Shown here: one piece after another, positions 13,966-24,200 of the stretch
Position numbering within the stretch: the stretch's first letter is position 1
How the letters are laid out: each line of letters starts with the position of its first letter
Translations under genes and position numbers: made by a program
Assembly (NCBI GenBank): GCA_049322915.1
Contig: JBMOPW010000021.1
Coordinates: 26,079 to 90,078 of the forward strand
Source: Candidatus Zhuqueibacterota bacterium
GTDB taxonomy: Bacteria; Zhuqueibacterota; Zhuqueibacteria; Thermofontimicrobiales; Thermofontimicrobiaceae
Length of the DNA: 64,000 nucleotides
Direction: 5' to 3'
Notes under the pieces: generated by a model
What the model saw: the letters and a program-made list of their open reading frames with translations, nothing else
What the model was told of the DNA's origin: nothing
Database searches by the model: none

Positions 13966-16791
13966 CTATTTAATGATGACAACTTCTTCCCCGGCATACA
14001 TAACCACTTCATCTGGTTCATTGCACTCTTCAACGCCGACGCCGTGATTCGCGCCGACCCACACAATGTTAAATGTCCGCTCCGTTAGCATGCCCGGAAA
14101 TGCGCCCTGCCGTTTGCCAATAATGAGCGTTTTTTCTTTTTCATTCCAGCGAAAAGGAATGGTGGCATAAACGCCGCGTTCGTAATTGTACGTGTCGTTT
14201 TCATCCTCGTACAGCGTGAACTCAGCGTCCGAGCCGGGATAGATGCGCAACTCGATGGGCTCCTCCGGCGTCTCATCCGAATACTGTTTGAAAGGCCCAA
14301 GAGGCAGGATCGAGCCGGCTTTGATGTACAGCGGCATGATGTCAATGGGCGTTTCCCGGGTAATAGCTTTTCCGCCGGCGATTTTTTCTCCGGTCCAGAA
14401 ATCGAACCAGCCCTTCGTCTCCGGCAAGTAGAGTTGACTGGATTTTTCTTTTTCCAGTGAGTTGCCGGAAAGAACCGATGTCGGAGTCTTCCAGACCAGT
14501 TTGAAAAGAGCGTCGACTTCGCCCTGAAAATACTCGACTTTTATCGCGTACTTCGTGTTCCCCGCAAGGGTCAGTTTGTGGGAATAATAGCTGACTCCCT
14601 GGCATTTCCACGAGTCGATGATGAGTTGGTCATTCAGCCAGACGCGAACGCCATCATCGACAATCGCGCCGATTTCGTAGTCGCCGGCCTCGTTGCTCAG
14701 CAGAAAGCCATGCCAGCGTATGCTGTAATTGGAAGCCGGGCACCCGGCTGGCGCGCCGCCGCACCAGTTGAAATCCAGACAGCTATCGGTGCGGGTATTG
14801 ACCAATTCGTCGAAGTCGACGCCTTTGAAATAGTGGCCGACCAGCCCGCCCGGCGCATCCTCCGGTGAAAACAGATTCTCTGTCGGAATGACGTCGCCCG
14901 AGGTCTGCGGCTCGTAATACATCGCCTCGGTGACCGGCATCGCTAGGATAGCCGGCCCGAACATGAACTGATTGTCGATGGCGTAGCATTTCCTGTCATC
15001 CGGGAAATCCATAGCCAGGCCGCGCATCAAAGTATACCCGCTGTGCGTTATCTGCCAGGCGATGGAATAAATGTAGGGCAGAAGCCGATAGCGCAAATGG
15101 TCAAATTTCACAAGGCTGTCGTAGGCCCAATCGCCAGGCTCGCCGAACCGCCACACCTCGCGCGGGGTGCCTGTTCCGTGGGAGCGGAAAATCGGAGTGA
15201 ATGCGCCGAACTGAAACCAGCGCACGTACAGTTCGCGATAGGCAGGATCGTCCACGCCGCGATTGTACAATCCGCCGCGGCCGCTGGGAAAGAACGCGCC
15301 AATATCGTGGGACCAGTAGGGAATGCCGGCCATGCAGAAATTGATCCCGGCGGAAATCTGCTTCCGAAAGACATCCCAGTTGGCGGAGATATCGCCGGAC
15401 CAGGTGCCGGCTGCAAATTTTTGCTGTCCGGCAAAAGCGGATCGGGTCAAAGTGAACACGCGTTTTTGAGATGAAAATCGCCGCTGGTCTTCGTAGGCGC
15501 CTTTGGTCGTCATGTAGGAATAGGTGTTCAGGTAGCGCGCCATGGTCCCCATGGCGTTCCTGCCGCAATCCTTGATCTCCTTCTCGGTGATCTCCTGTGT
15601 GTCAGTATTGGGAAATTCCGGCTCGGTGGCGTCCATCCAGAGCGCGTCCACGCCCACGGACAGCAATCCTTTTTTGACGTGTTTGAAATAGATGTCCCGC
15701 GCCTCTTCGCTATAGGCGTCATAAACGTCCCCGCCGGCCCAATGCTCGTTATCGAAAAGGTAGCCTTTGGATTTGAGCTCTTTGTTCAGCGCAGTTTTTT
15801 TGCCAATCATGGGCCAGATGGACACCATCAGATGGACGTGATATTTTTCATGCAGCAGTTGAATCATCTCGGCCGGGTTTGGGAAAATCGATTCGTCCCA
15901 TTCCATAGAACTCCAGTATTCATTTTCACCCCAGTAGCGCCAGTCCTGCACCATGTTGTCAATGGGAATGTTGCGCCGGCGATACTCCGCGGTTGTGGCG
16001 AGGAGTTCCTTTCGATCCACATACCGCTCTTTGCTCTGCCAGTAGCCGTAGGCCCATTTGCCCAGCAAGGGCGCCTGACCGGTGATTCGGCGGTAGCCGG
16101 CAATCACTTCGTCCATTTTTTTCCCTGCGACGAAATAGTAGTCGATCTGATCCGCTACCTCGGACCAGAACGACATGCCATCATCGCCATCGTGAAACAT
16201 TGTCCGGGAATAGTTATCCCACAGAATGCCGTAGTTGTTCGTTGACACGAGGAAGGGAATGACGGCCACTTTATTGGCCTGGACCAGCAGCACGTCGTGT
16301 CCGCGATAATTCATAACGCCGTCCTGGTATTGACCTAATCCGTACAGACCTTCGTCCCCGCTGAGTTGAAACCGCGATTCGGCATGCCACGTCTTTTCGC
16401 CGAGCACACGGGCCGGGGTCAGTCTGTGCGGCGCCGGCGCTTGTTCGCGCAACAGCACTGCGCCGGAACTATCACGGAATTGAATAACGCCGCTGTGCGC
16501 GTTTACTTCGATTTTTAGCAATTCGGTCTCGAAGACAATTTCCTCTCCAATCCTGGAAGAAGTCCAGTTCACCGGCGTCCACGCCTCGTTGGCGATGAGG
16601 CTCTGCCGGGAGAGGAATGATTTCTTTTCGGCAAAAATGACGCGAACAATTCCGGGCGAACAGATCTGGATTTTCAAAAATCCTTCGGGCACGGGGATAA
16701 TGCTGCTGTCGCTGCGCTGACCGTGCGCTATCTGGACAAACCCGAAAAAGAGAAAGATCAAAACCAGGGAGGATAAAAGCACGTATGGCAT
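13966..16791 (-). CDS. GH31 alpha-xylosidase/glucosidase with PA14 insert and DUF5110
   Basis: YGLGQ, WQSKERY, WMDATEPE nucleophile, WSGD, HDIGAF and RWFQFGAF motifs; VDDGVR PA14 motif; LYEDE C-terminal motif. Confidence 0.92.
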   Translation of the reverse strand: MPYVLLSSLVLIFLFFGFVQIAHGQRSDSSIIPVPEGFLKIQICSPGIVRVIFAEKKSFLSRQSLIANEAWTPVNWTSSRIGEEIVFETELLKIEVNAHSGVIQFRDSSGAVLLREQAPAPHRLTPARVLGEKTWHAESRFQLSGDEGLYGLGQYQDGVMNYRGHDVLLVQANKVAVIPFLVSTNNYGILWDNYSRTMFHDGDDGMSFWSEVADQIDYYFVAGKKMDEVIAGYRRITGQAPLLGKWAYGYWQSKERYVDRKELLATTAEYRRRNIPIDNMVQDWRYWGENEYWSSMEWDESIFPNPAEMIQLLHEKYHVHLMVSIWPMIGKKTALNKELKSKGYLFDNEHWAGGDVYDAYSEEARDIYFKHVKKGLLSVGVDALWMDATEPEFPNTDTQEITEKEIKDCGRNAMGTMARYLNTYSYMTTKGAYEDQRRFSSQKRVFTLTRSAFAGQQKFAAGTWSGDISANWDVFRKQISAGINFCMAGIPYWSHDIGAFFPSGRGGLYNRGVDDPAYRELYVRWFQFGAFTPIFRSHGTGTPREVWRFGEPGDWAYDSLVKFDHLRYRLLPYIYSIAWQITHSGYTLMRGLAMDFPDDRKCYAIDNQFMFGPAILAMPVTEAMYYEPQTSGDVIPTENLFSPEDAPGGLVGHYFKGVDFDELVNTRTDSCLDFNWCGGAPAGCPASNYSIRWHGFLLSNEAGDYEIGAIVDDGVRVWLNDQLIIDSWKCQGVSYYSHKLTLAGNTKYAIKVEYFQGEVDALFKLVWKTPTSVLSGNSLEKEKSSQLYLPETKGWFDFWTGEKIAGGKAITRETPIDIMPLYIKAGSILPLGPFKQYSDETPEEPIELRIYPGSDAEFTLYEDENDTYNYERGVYATIPFRWNEKEKTLIIGKRQGAFPGMLTERTFNIVWVGANHGVGVEECNEPDEVVMYAGEEVVIIK

Positions 16792-16873
16792 CGTATCTCC
16801 AATGTTATTTTATGAAAACGTCGGATTTAAAATCTTCACACTCCTGCAAGGAAGCGCCGGGTGGGCGCGACAC

Positions 16874-18325
16874 TCATTTGATTTTGGAAATTTTAAAAAC
16901 CCATGCATACTGGCAGGGAGGATTTTTTCGGATGTGCTCCGGAATCGTCGCGAAAAATCCTGATCCCACCTTTTCCCACGCCAACGCGGTGTTGGTTCCG
17001 ACGAACATCACTGTCGCGTCATCAGCCGGGGAAATAGTCGCCAGCCAGATTTTCGACGGCGTCGTCGGTTCATTTTCATCCGCCAGATAAATCGCGTACA
17101 CAGCGCCGTCGCGCTGCCGGGTGAGACAGATTTTGCCCTCTTTGTAGGGAGCGATGGGACGAGTGCTGTAAATGGCCTCGCTGTTCACTTTCATCCAATC
17201 GCCGATTTGCCTGAGCCGCTCGTAGGCGTCCGGCTGCCAGGCGCCATCCGGGCCGGGACCGATATTGAGCAGCAGATTCCCGCCTTTGGACACAATATCC
17301 ACCAGCAGATGAATGAGATTGTGGGCGGAGCGATAGCTCGCGTTCGGTGAATAAGACCAGCCGCCGCCCATGATGATGCATGATTCCCACGGATAGGGGA
17401 GCATGCGGTCCGGTACCTGGTTTTCCGGGGTGAGGTAATTTTGAAATTTCCCCGGAACAGCCCGATCCACCACGATCAAACCAGGCTGTTTCTCCCGCGC
17501 CTTTTGCACCATCGCCGGCATGTTGATATCCTGATTCTGAATGCGGCTGAATTTGTAGTCCGGGCTGTTGATGTAGCGGACAATTTCCTCGCGCGTCATG
17601 GGTTGCACCCAGCCGCCGTCCAGCCAGAGTATGTCCATAGGTCCGAAATTGCTCATCAATTCATCGATCTGACCTTGGGTGAAATCGACGAATTTCTGCC
17701 AGCGATCCGGGTAGGTCTGAATATCGTAATTAGCATTTCGATCGGGCGTGGCGAAATTGGGCCACCAATAATATTCCGAGTGCCAATCCGGCTTGGAAAA
17801 ATAAGCGCCGGTCATGAAACCTTTGTCTCTGAAAGCATTGAAAATTTCTTTGGCAATATTCGCCCGCGGATTCGATGAAAACGGGCACTCCGAATGGGTC
17901 ACGCGATAATCGGTGAGTTTCGTGTCGAACATGCAGAAACCATCGTGGTGTTTCGTGGTGAACACGACGTATTTCATGCCGGCGGCATGGGCGGCTTCGG
18001 CCCATTTCTGCGGATCGAATTTCACCGGGTTGAATGTCTTTTTCAAATCTTCGTATTTCTTTTTATATTCTGTATAGTCGTCCAGGGAGCGGCGACACCA
18101 GCCCTCGTCCTCCGCGCAGATGGACCACGATTCCACAATGCCCCACTGGCTGTAGGTTCCCCAGTGCATGAGCAGGCCGAATTTGGCATCCTGCCACTTA
18201 TCCAGCTTTTTCAAAACGAGCGGATCGGTCTCCGGCACATAGGTCTGCCCATGATGCTGGGCCGCCGCCGGAAGGATGATTTGCAGCAGTGCGAACGCTG
18301 TGAACAACATGGCAAATCGGGTCAT
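16874..18325 (-). CDS. GH29 alpha-L-fucosidase
   Basis: WQDAKFGLLMHWG, TTKHHDGF, WLDGGW and KGGNLLLNIGP motifs. Confidence 0.93.
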   Translation of the reverse strand: MTRFAMLFTAFALLQIILPAAAQHHGQTYVPETDPLVLKKLDKWQDAKFGLLMHWGTYSQWGIVESWSICAEDEGWCRRSLDDYTEYKKKYEDLKKTFNPVKFDPQKWAEAAHAAGMKYVVFTTKHHDGFCMFDTKLTDYRVTHSECPFSSNPRANIAKEIFNAFRDKGFMTGAYFSKPDWHSEYYWWPNFATPDRNANYDIQTYPDRWQKFVDFTQGQIDELMSNFGPMDILWLDGGWVQPMTREEIVRYINSPDYKFSRIQNQDINMPAMVQKAREKQPGLIVVDRAVPGKFQNYLTPENQVPDRMLPYPWESCIIMGGGWSYSPNASYRSAHNLIHLLVDIVSKGGNLLLNIGPGPDGAWQPDAYERLRQIGDWMKVNSEAIYSTRPIAPYKEGKICLTRQRDGAVYAIYLADENEPTTPSKIWLATISPADDATVMFVGTNTALAWEKVGSGFFATIPEHIRKNPPCQYAWVFKISKIK

Positions 18326-18377
18326 AGTTTTTTCCTCTGTAAAATTCTCGCGATTCCGGAATGGTTCATCATTGCGC

Positions 18378-19586
18378 TCAGGATGGCTGGAACAAGGGTT
18401 TCCCTTCGAGCAATTTCTTCAGCCGAAGCAGCGCTTCGACATAATAATAATCGGCGTAGGCAACGTTGACATCGATGTCGGCTTGGCCGGGTACGCTGCC
18501 ATTGCTGTGCAGCAGAAGGCATTGGTATTTGCCTGACGTCGCCAGATAGTCGCTGGTGGAGAGCGCTTTGAGCAAATTCACCGCGGTCTGGTAATAGCGA
18601 TTTTTCAATCCGGTCGAGTCGGCGTAGGTGCTCAATTCCAGCAGCCCGGAGGCGGCAATGGCCGCAGCAGAAGCCTCTCTGGGTTCATGCGGAATATTCG
18701 GCGCGTCGAAATCCCAATATGGGATGAAGTCCGCCGGCAGCCGCTGAATGAACCGATCAAATGTCTTCTGAGCAATGGCCAGATAGCGCCTGTCCCGGGT
18801 AAATCGGTACATCATGGTGTAGCCGTATCCGCCCCAGGCCTGGCCGCGCGCCCACATGGATTCATCGGAATAGCCCTGATGCGTCTTCTTTTCCATGACG
18901 GCGCCGGTCTGCGGATTGTAATTCAGGACATGGTAGGAACTGAAATCCGGCCGGAAATGATTGGCCAGCGTGACGTCCGAATGGCGGATGGCAATGTCCC
19001 TGAATTTAGGGTCGCCGCTCGCCTGCGACGCCCAGCAGAGCAGTTCCAGATTCATCATGTTGTCGATGATGGTCAGGTGATTTTCCGGGGCAGAGTCCCA
19101 TGATTTTATGGCGCCGACATTGGAATTGAATCGAGTGATGAGGCTCTCCGCGCCCTGCAATAGAATCGCTTTGTAAGCCTCATCGCCGGTGAGACGGTAA
19201 CCGTTGCCGAAACTACAGTAGAGCATGAATCCCACATCGTGGCTGCTGGTGTTGAATTTCTCCTGTTCCAGCGCCGCATTCCATTTCCGCGCGGACTGGA
19301 GCCATTGCTGCTCCCCGGAGTAGTCGTAAAAATACCACAAAATTCCCGGGAAGAAACCGCTCACCCAATCGCTGGTGCTCTTTTGAACCCACGTCCCGTC
19401 TGCTTTGTTATGGATAGGCATGCGGGTTGTGTCGGTCAGGGAATTCACCGCTTTGGTATATTGCGCCATAGCGGACGTGAGGAGCGCATCGCAATCGAAC
19501 CGGTTCGGCCAGACCGTCGCGGTTTCATCAGCGCAGCGACTCCCCTGCATGAAGAGAAACAGTGCAAGGAATATCATTTTCTTCAT
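18378..19586 (-). CDS. GH88 unsaturated glucuronyl hydrolase
   Basis: WVSGFFPG, HDVGF, IIDNMMNLE, WARGQAW and YADYYY motifs. Likely start is ATG 19586 after AGGAG. Confidence 0.9.
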   Translation of the reverse strand: MKKMIFLALFLFMQGSRCADETATVWPNRFDCDALLTSAMAQYTKAVNSLTDTTRMPIHNKADGTWVQKSTSDWVSGFFPGILWYFYDYSGEQQWLQSARKWNAALEQEKFNTSSHDVGFMLYCSFGNGYRLTGDEAYKAILLQGAESLITRFNSNVGAIKSWDSAPENHLTIIDNMMNLELLCWASQASGDPKFRDIAIRHSDVTLANHFRPDFSSYHVLNYNPQTGAVMEKKTHQGYSDESMWARGQAWGGYGYTMMYRFTRDRRYLAIAQKTFDRFIQRLPADFIPYWDFDAPNIPHEPREASAAAIAASGLLELSTYADSTGLKNRYYQTAVNLLKALSTSDYLATSGKYQCLLLHSNGSVPGQADIDVNVAYADYYYVEALLRLKKLLEGKPLFQPS

Positions 19587-19717
19587 CACGCAATTCTCCT
19601 GTTTTTCCAGCCATGAGATAGCTCTGCAATCGTTTTCAGATAACGGATGCGTTCCCGGTGTTCCGTTTTTGCGCGCGTTGAGAGACAAATCGGTCCGCTT
19701 CGCCGGGATCAGCTCGG

Positions 19718-21178
19718 CTATCGGTTCGCCCAAAAAAATCCGCTCAAAAATGCCAGCCGCGAAATATCTGCGAGCATGTCCGGATTGATTCGGTAAATCG
19801 TGTCCCCTGTCTTATGATAATGAAGATGCGGCCCGTTGGAATAGAACGAAGCGCATTGGACGCCGTTCCAGAAGAACGGCGCAAAGTCCGATGACCGCAC
19901 GCCCACATGGTTGATTTCCCACGTGCTTCGAAGCGTATGCACGAACTGGTCGGCCTGCTGCAGAATTTCTTTGAACCCGACCGCATTGGCGCTGAAGCCG
20001 CAACTCGTTCCATCCCCGGGACCGACCATGTCAAAATTGAACATGCTGTCCAGTTTTTTGAACGACGCCGGCACGTGGGCCACGAAATAGGTGGAGCCGA
20101 TCAGCCCCACTTCTTCGCCGCCGAACAGGACGAACGCCACGGATCGCTTTGGCTTTGTATCCAGTTGGGAAAACGCCTCGGCGATTTCCATGACCACGGC
20201 GCTGCCGCTGGCGTTGTCGTTTGCGCCGGCAAAAAGCATATTCAGATGCAATCCACAATGATCGAAGTGAGCGCCATAGACGAGGCACTCATTTTTGAGC
20301 TGCGGGTCCGAGCCCTCTACAAAGCCGATGATATTGTAGCCGGTGGCGTCGGGAAAATGGCGGGACTGCACGGCGAAGTGCATTTCCGAATGAAGTTGAA
20401 ACGATAGCGGCCGGTTGTAGGTGGTCAGCACCTTCTTCAAATCGGCGCAGGTGACATTTTTCTCCTCAAAAATTACATCGGCAATTTTCTCGGTGATCAT
20501 GGCCGGGGTGAATCCTTTGATCCAATCGCCATTGGGATTGGCGATGGCTTCCGGATAGATGTAGAAAATCCCCAGCGCGCCCCGCTCTTTGGCCGTTGCC
20601 ATGCGATGGCGATGGTGGTCGTATTTCTCGAATTGGTTCTGGTCTTGTCCCGGCGTGCCGCGAAAACACAGGATGAACTTGCCGGCAACGTCGATGCCGG
20701 CGTAGTCGTCATAGCCCAGTTCCGGGGCGGAGATGCCCCAGCCGGCAAACACCAGCGCGGCCCGGTTGTACCCGTTATCGGAAAACAGCAACGGCAGAAA
20801 ATCGGCGCCGGCGGTGAGTGGAATTTCTGCTGCCGATTCGCCCTCTTTTTTGACGTGAAATAACGTCATCGTTGCGGTGTCGATCAGCGTGTAGGGTGAG
20901 GGATAGGCCTGCAAATAGCCCTGAGAGGGACTTATCGGTTTCAATCCCCACTGGCGGAATTTCTCAGCAGCCCATGTGGCAGCGGCGGTGTAGCCTTCGT
21001 GCCCGGTCAGCCGACCGGCAAATTCAGGCAAAGCCAGCGTTTTGCAGTAATTGTACGGGTCCATGGGCTGAATCGAGTCAAATCCTTTCTGGAGATTTTT
21101 ATCCAATTCGCCGGAGAGAGCAACAGAGGCCATCGCGAAAAACAGGAGGCCCCTGATTGACACATGGTTGAAATTCAT
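19718..21178 (-). CDS. M28 family peptidase with PA domain
   Basis: GAHFDH, GANDNASG, GEEVGLIGS, NFDMVG, SDFAPF and YHKTGD motifs; signal peptide. Confidence 0.9.
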   Translation of the reverse strand: MNFNHVSIRGLLFFAMASVALSGELDKNLQKGFDSIQPMDPYNYCKTLALPEFAGRLTGHEGYTAAATWAAEKFRQWGLKPISPSQGYLQAYPSPYTLIDTATMTLFHVKKEGESAAEIPLTAGADFLPLLFSDNGYNRAALVFAGWGISAPELGYDDYAGIDVAGKFILCFRGTPGQDQNQFEKYDHHRHRMATAKERGALGIFYIYPEAIANPNGDWIKGFTPAMITEKIADVIFEEKNVTCADLKKVLTTYNRPLSFQLHSEMHFAVQSRHFPDATGYNIIGFVEGSDPQLKNECLVYGAHFDHCGLHLNMLFAGANDNASGSAVVMEIAEAFSQLDTKPKRSVAFVLFGGEEVGLIGSTYFVAHVPASFKKLDSMFNFDMVGPGDGTSCGFSANAVGFKEILQQADQFVHTLRSTWEINHVGVRSSDFAPFFWNGVQCASFYSNGPHLHYHKTGDTIYRINPDMLADISRLAFLSGFFWANR

Positions 21179-21225
21179 TTCGCCACCTTCCTTACGGTAA
21201 AATTAGGTACCATATTTATAATACA

Positions 21226-24200
21226 TCAAATTCTATCGCCACTTAAAAGATAATTCCCTATTGCAGGAATGTCTTTTTTATAATAATCAATATTCTGAAA
21301 GCTTACATGATTTACTTTCTTTATTTTTTGCATAATACTATTGTTCTTGGACTTCATCACCTGATTGCCTTGTGAATTTCTACTCTCTTTGGGATTTATA
21401 TGAGCCGTATTAAATATCAAAATTTTTTTAATAGAACTTATGGCAACAAGCTCTACATCTTCTTTTAAATGATCTATATATACAATTTTTGAATTATTGT
21501 TATAAGCATTTTTCAATCTTTTTCGTTGCGTTTCGGTCTCATAACTCTTCATAAATATTTTAGCAACTTTCCCATTTTCAAAACCGAATAACATATAACC
21601 AGAAAAATCAGAAGTGCTTGTGATGTAAATTGGTTTTTCATCTTTTTCAAAATTAATTGAATCTAAAATATGTTGTTTACTATAATAAGAATTGTTTGCT
21701 ATTTTATAAACATTATATTTGTCTGTAAAAACTAGAATTTCAGATTGCCTGACATTTTTTGGTTCAATTGCAGCTAGTGGATGAGGCCTATTATTATGCA
21801 GTGTGGCGAAACTTAAATTATTATTATGAGGTTGAGAGTCCTTAGTTGTTTCTTCATGTTCTATATCGTTTTTATCATCGATAATTTTTTCTGTTGTTTG
21901 ATGGTTTGGTTTTGAGTTCAAAATTTTCCAAAGCGGTTCCAGCGCTTTAATTCGATTTGAATAGTATTCTCCACCTTTTATTCTGAAAAATTGCCAGCCA
22001 CATCTTTCTAATACTTTCTGACGCATTAAATCATTTTGAAATTGTTCAGCACCATGCCAAATATCACCATCACATTCGATTGCTATTTTAGTTCCGTCAG
22101 GTAATATTGCCACCAAGTCAACCCGATATTTCCCTTTGGCAACTTCATATTGAGGAATGACTGAATAACTACGGCTAACAATATCATTATATACATCGAC
22201 TTCAAACCAACTTTCAAAAGGAGGTGGTTGTTCTCCCATTTTCTTAACTTTTGGAATTGGTATCAGCCTTTTCCAACCTTCTTGAATATTTTTAAAGTTG
22301 ATAAAATGATCTAAAAGTTTATAGCGTAAGTCATTCGTATTATTAATATCCTCCATTTGAACTGAATGAAACAACCAGATTTGTTCAATTGCCCGACTCA
22401 CAGCAACATTAAATCGACGTTCATCTTCTGGACGTGTAAGTGCACTTCGGTTATGATTATGGGCTGTTACAAGGCTAAGAAAAATGATATCACGTTCATC
22501 ACCTTGAAAGCTAGCTGAATTACCACATACTATTTTTCTTTCTTTAAATTGTTTTTCTCCAATTCGTTGTAATAATAAATTTTCAATTAATGCCCCTTGT
22601 GCATTACCCTGTAAACATATCACTCCAACAGTTTTGTTATCATATCGCTTATCACTTATAAGCTCTGAAAATGTATCAACAATTCTTTCAGCCTCAACTT
22701 TATTTCTAATGTTTTGATATTGACCTTCAACAAAACCATTTTGACAAAAAACATGTTTTAATGGCTCTAATCTATTTTCAGAATATTGTTTTAATGGATA
22801 TAAACCTTTACCGTCAGGTGCATAGAATAACTTATTCGAAAATTCAATAATTTCAGGCATACATCTAAAATGTTCTCTCAAAACTGTTAGTCCTTCACAG
22901 AACAATTTTGCATGGTCAAAAAAGCTAAACGCAATATCAAAGAAATTGGCGAAGGGTATTCCTTTCAAATGTTTATTGATAAAAGGAGCCATTGCGTCCG
23001 CATTTACACCTACATACTCTGGCGAGGTCTGTTTATCATCACCCACAATGATTATATTTTTTGAAATGTAAAGCAAAAAAATGGCGTCAGGACCTAATTG
23101 GCTTGCTTCGTCAATAATCACATAATCGTACATCCCTTGTTCTGGTGATATGGTTTCACTCACTTTGTACAAAGGCATAATCCAGCAAGGAACTGTTGTC
23201 TTACAATGGTCCATCTGATTTTGTGCTTCTTTGCGAAACCTTAACGCTCTTTTTCCTTTACCTGTTTTTCCTATCTTTCTAACTGCTTGCACCCAGGCTT
23301 CTAAATATTGACGTAGTGACCTGTTATTTTGCAAATTGGTTAATACATGAACCCATGCTTTTAGAGAAGCTATTTTTGAAACAAGTTTTTCTTCTCTTTC
23401 ATCATAAGAAAACAGATCTGCCATTAAATCGTTTTCATAACCCTCATCTAATAACTTTTTAATTTCACTTTCTGCATGCTTAAAATGTATTGCTTCGTTT
23501 AAATTGGTAATGTTATTTATATCAAATGTATCGTTTATTATTTCATCAACAAGAATTGGTACATAAGTTTTTAGTTCGTTTTCCAATTTTTTAAAATCAT
23601 CGTATTGCTGTTTCTGAGACTTTAGCTGATCAACTTTTGTTAAAAGTTGCTCAAATTTAAATACATCCAATTCTAAGATGGTTTTCTTAATATCAAGTGC
23701 TATTGGATGAAATTCATCATCAGATAAATAAAAACAAATTCGGTCCTTTCGACTATTGAAATCGTTGTCTAATTTCAGAATGTAATTCCTTTCAACATCT
23801 TCGATGTATTTCTTTATTGTATTACTATTATATCCTTGAATGGTTAAGGATGAATAGATTTGTATTTCAGCCACCAAACTTTTAGCTCTTTTTAAATTAT
23901 CTAAAAGGTCATTCGTATCCAAGCAAAGTTGAGAAAATGCCTCAAAATATTCAAAGTAGTTTTTTGATAAATTTTGTATATTAGCATTCCAAATTTTAGC
24001 CAGGTCTTGAAATACTTGACGTATTCTTATATCTTCAATGACAGATGAAAATTCCCATTTAGTATCACAAGGACTTCCATTAACTATAACAGAATTTTTA
24101 AAATAGAGTTTTTCTTTTATCTCTTTTGGGAGAAACGGTTTCTTCAATTCAAATAATGCACCATCCAGTTTATTACCTGATTTTAAATAATGCAATAATT

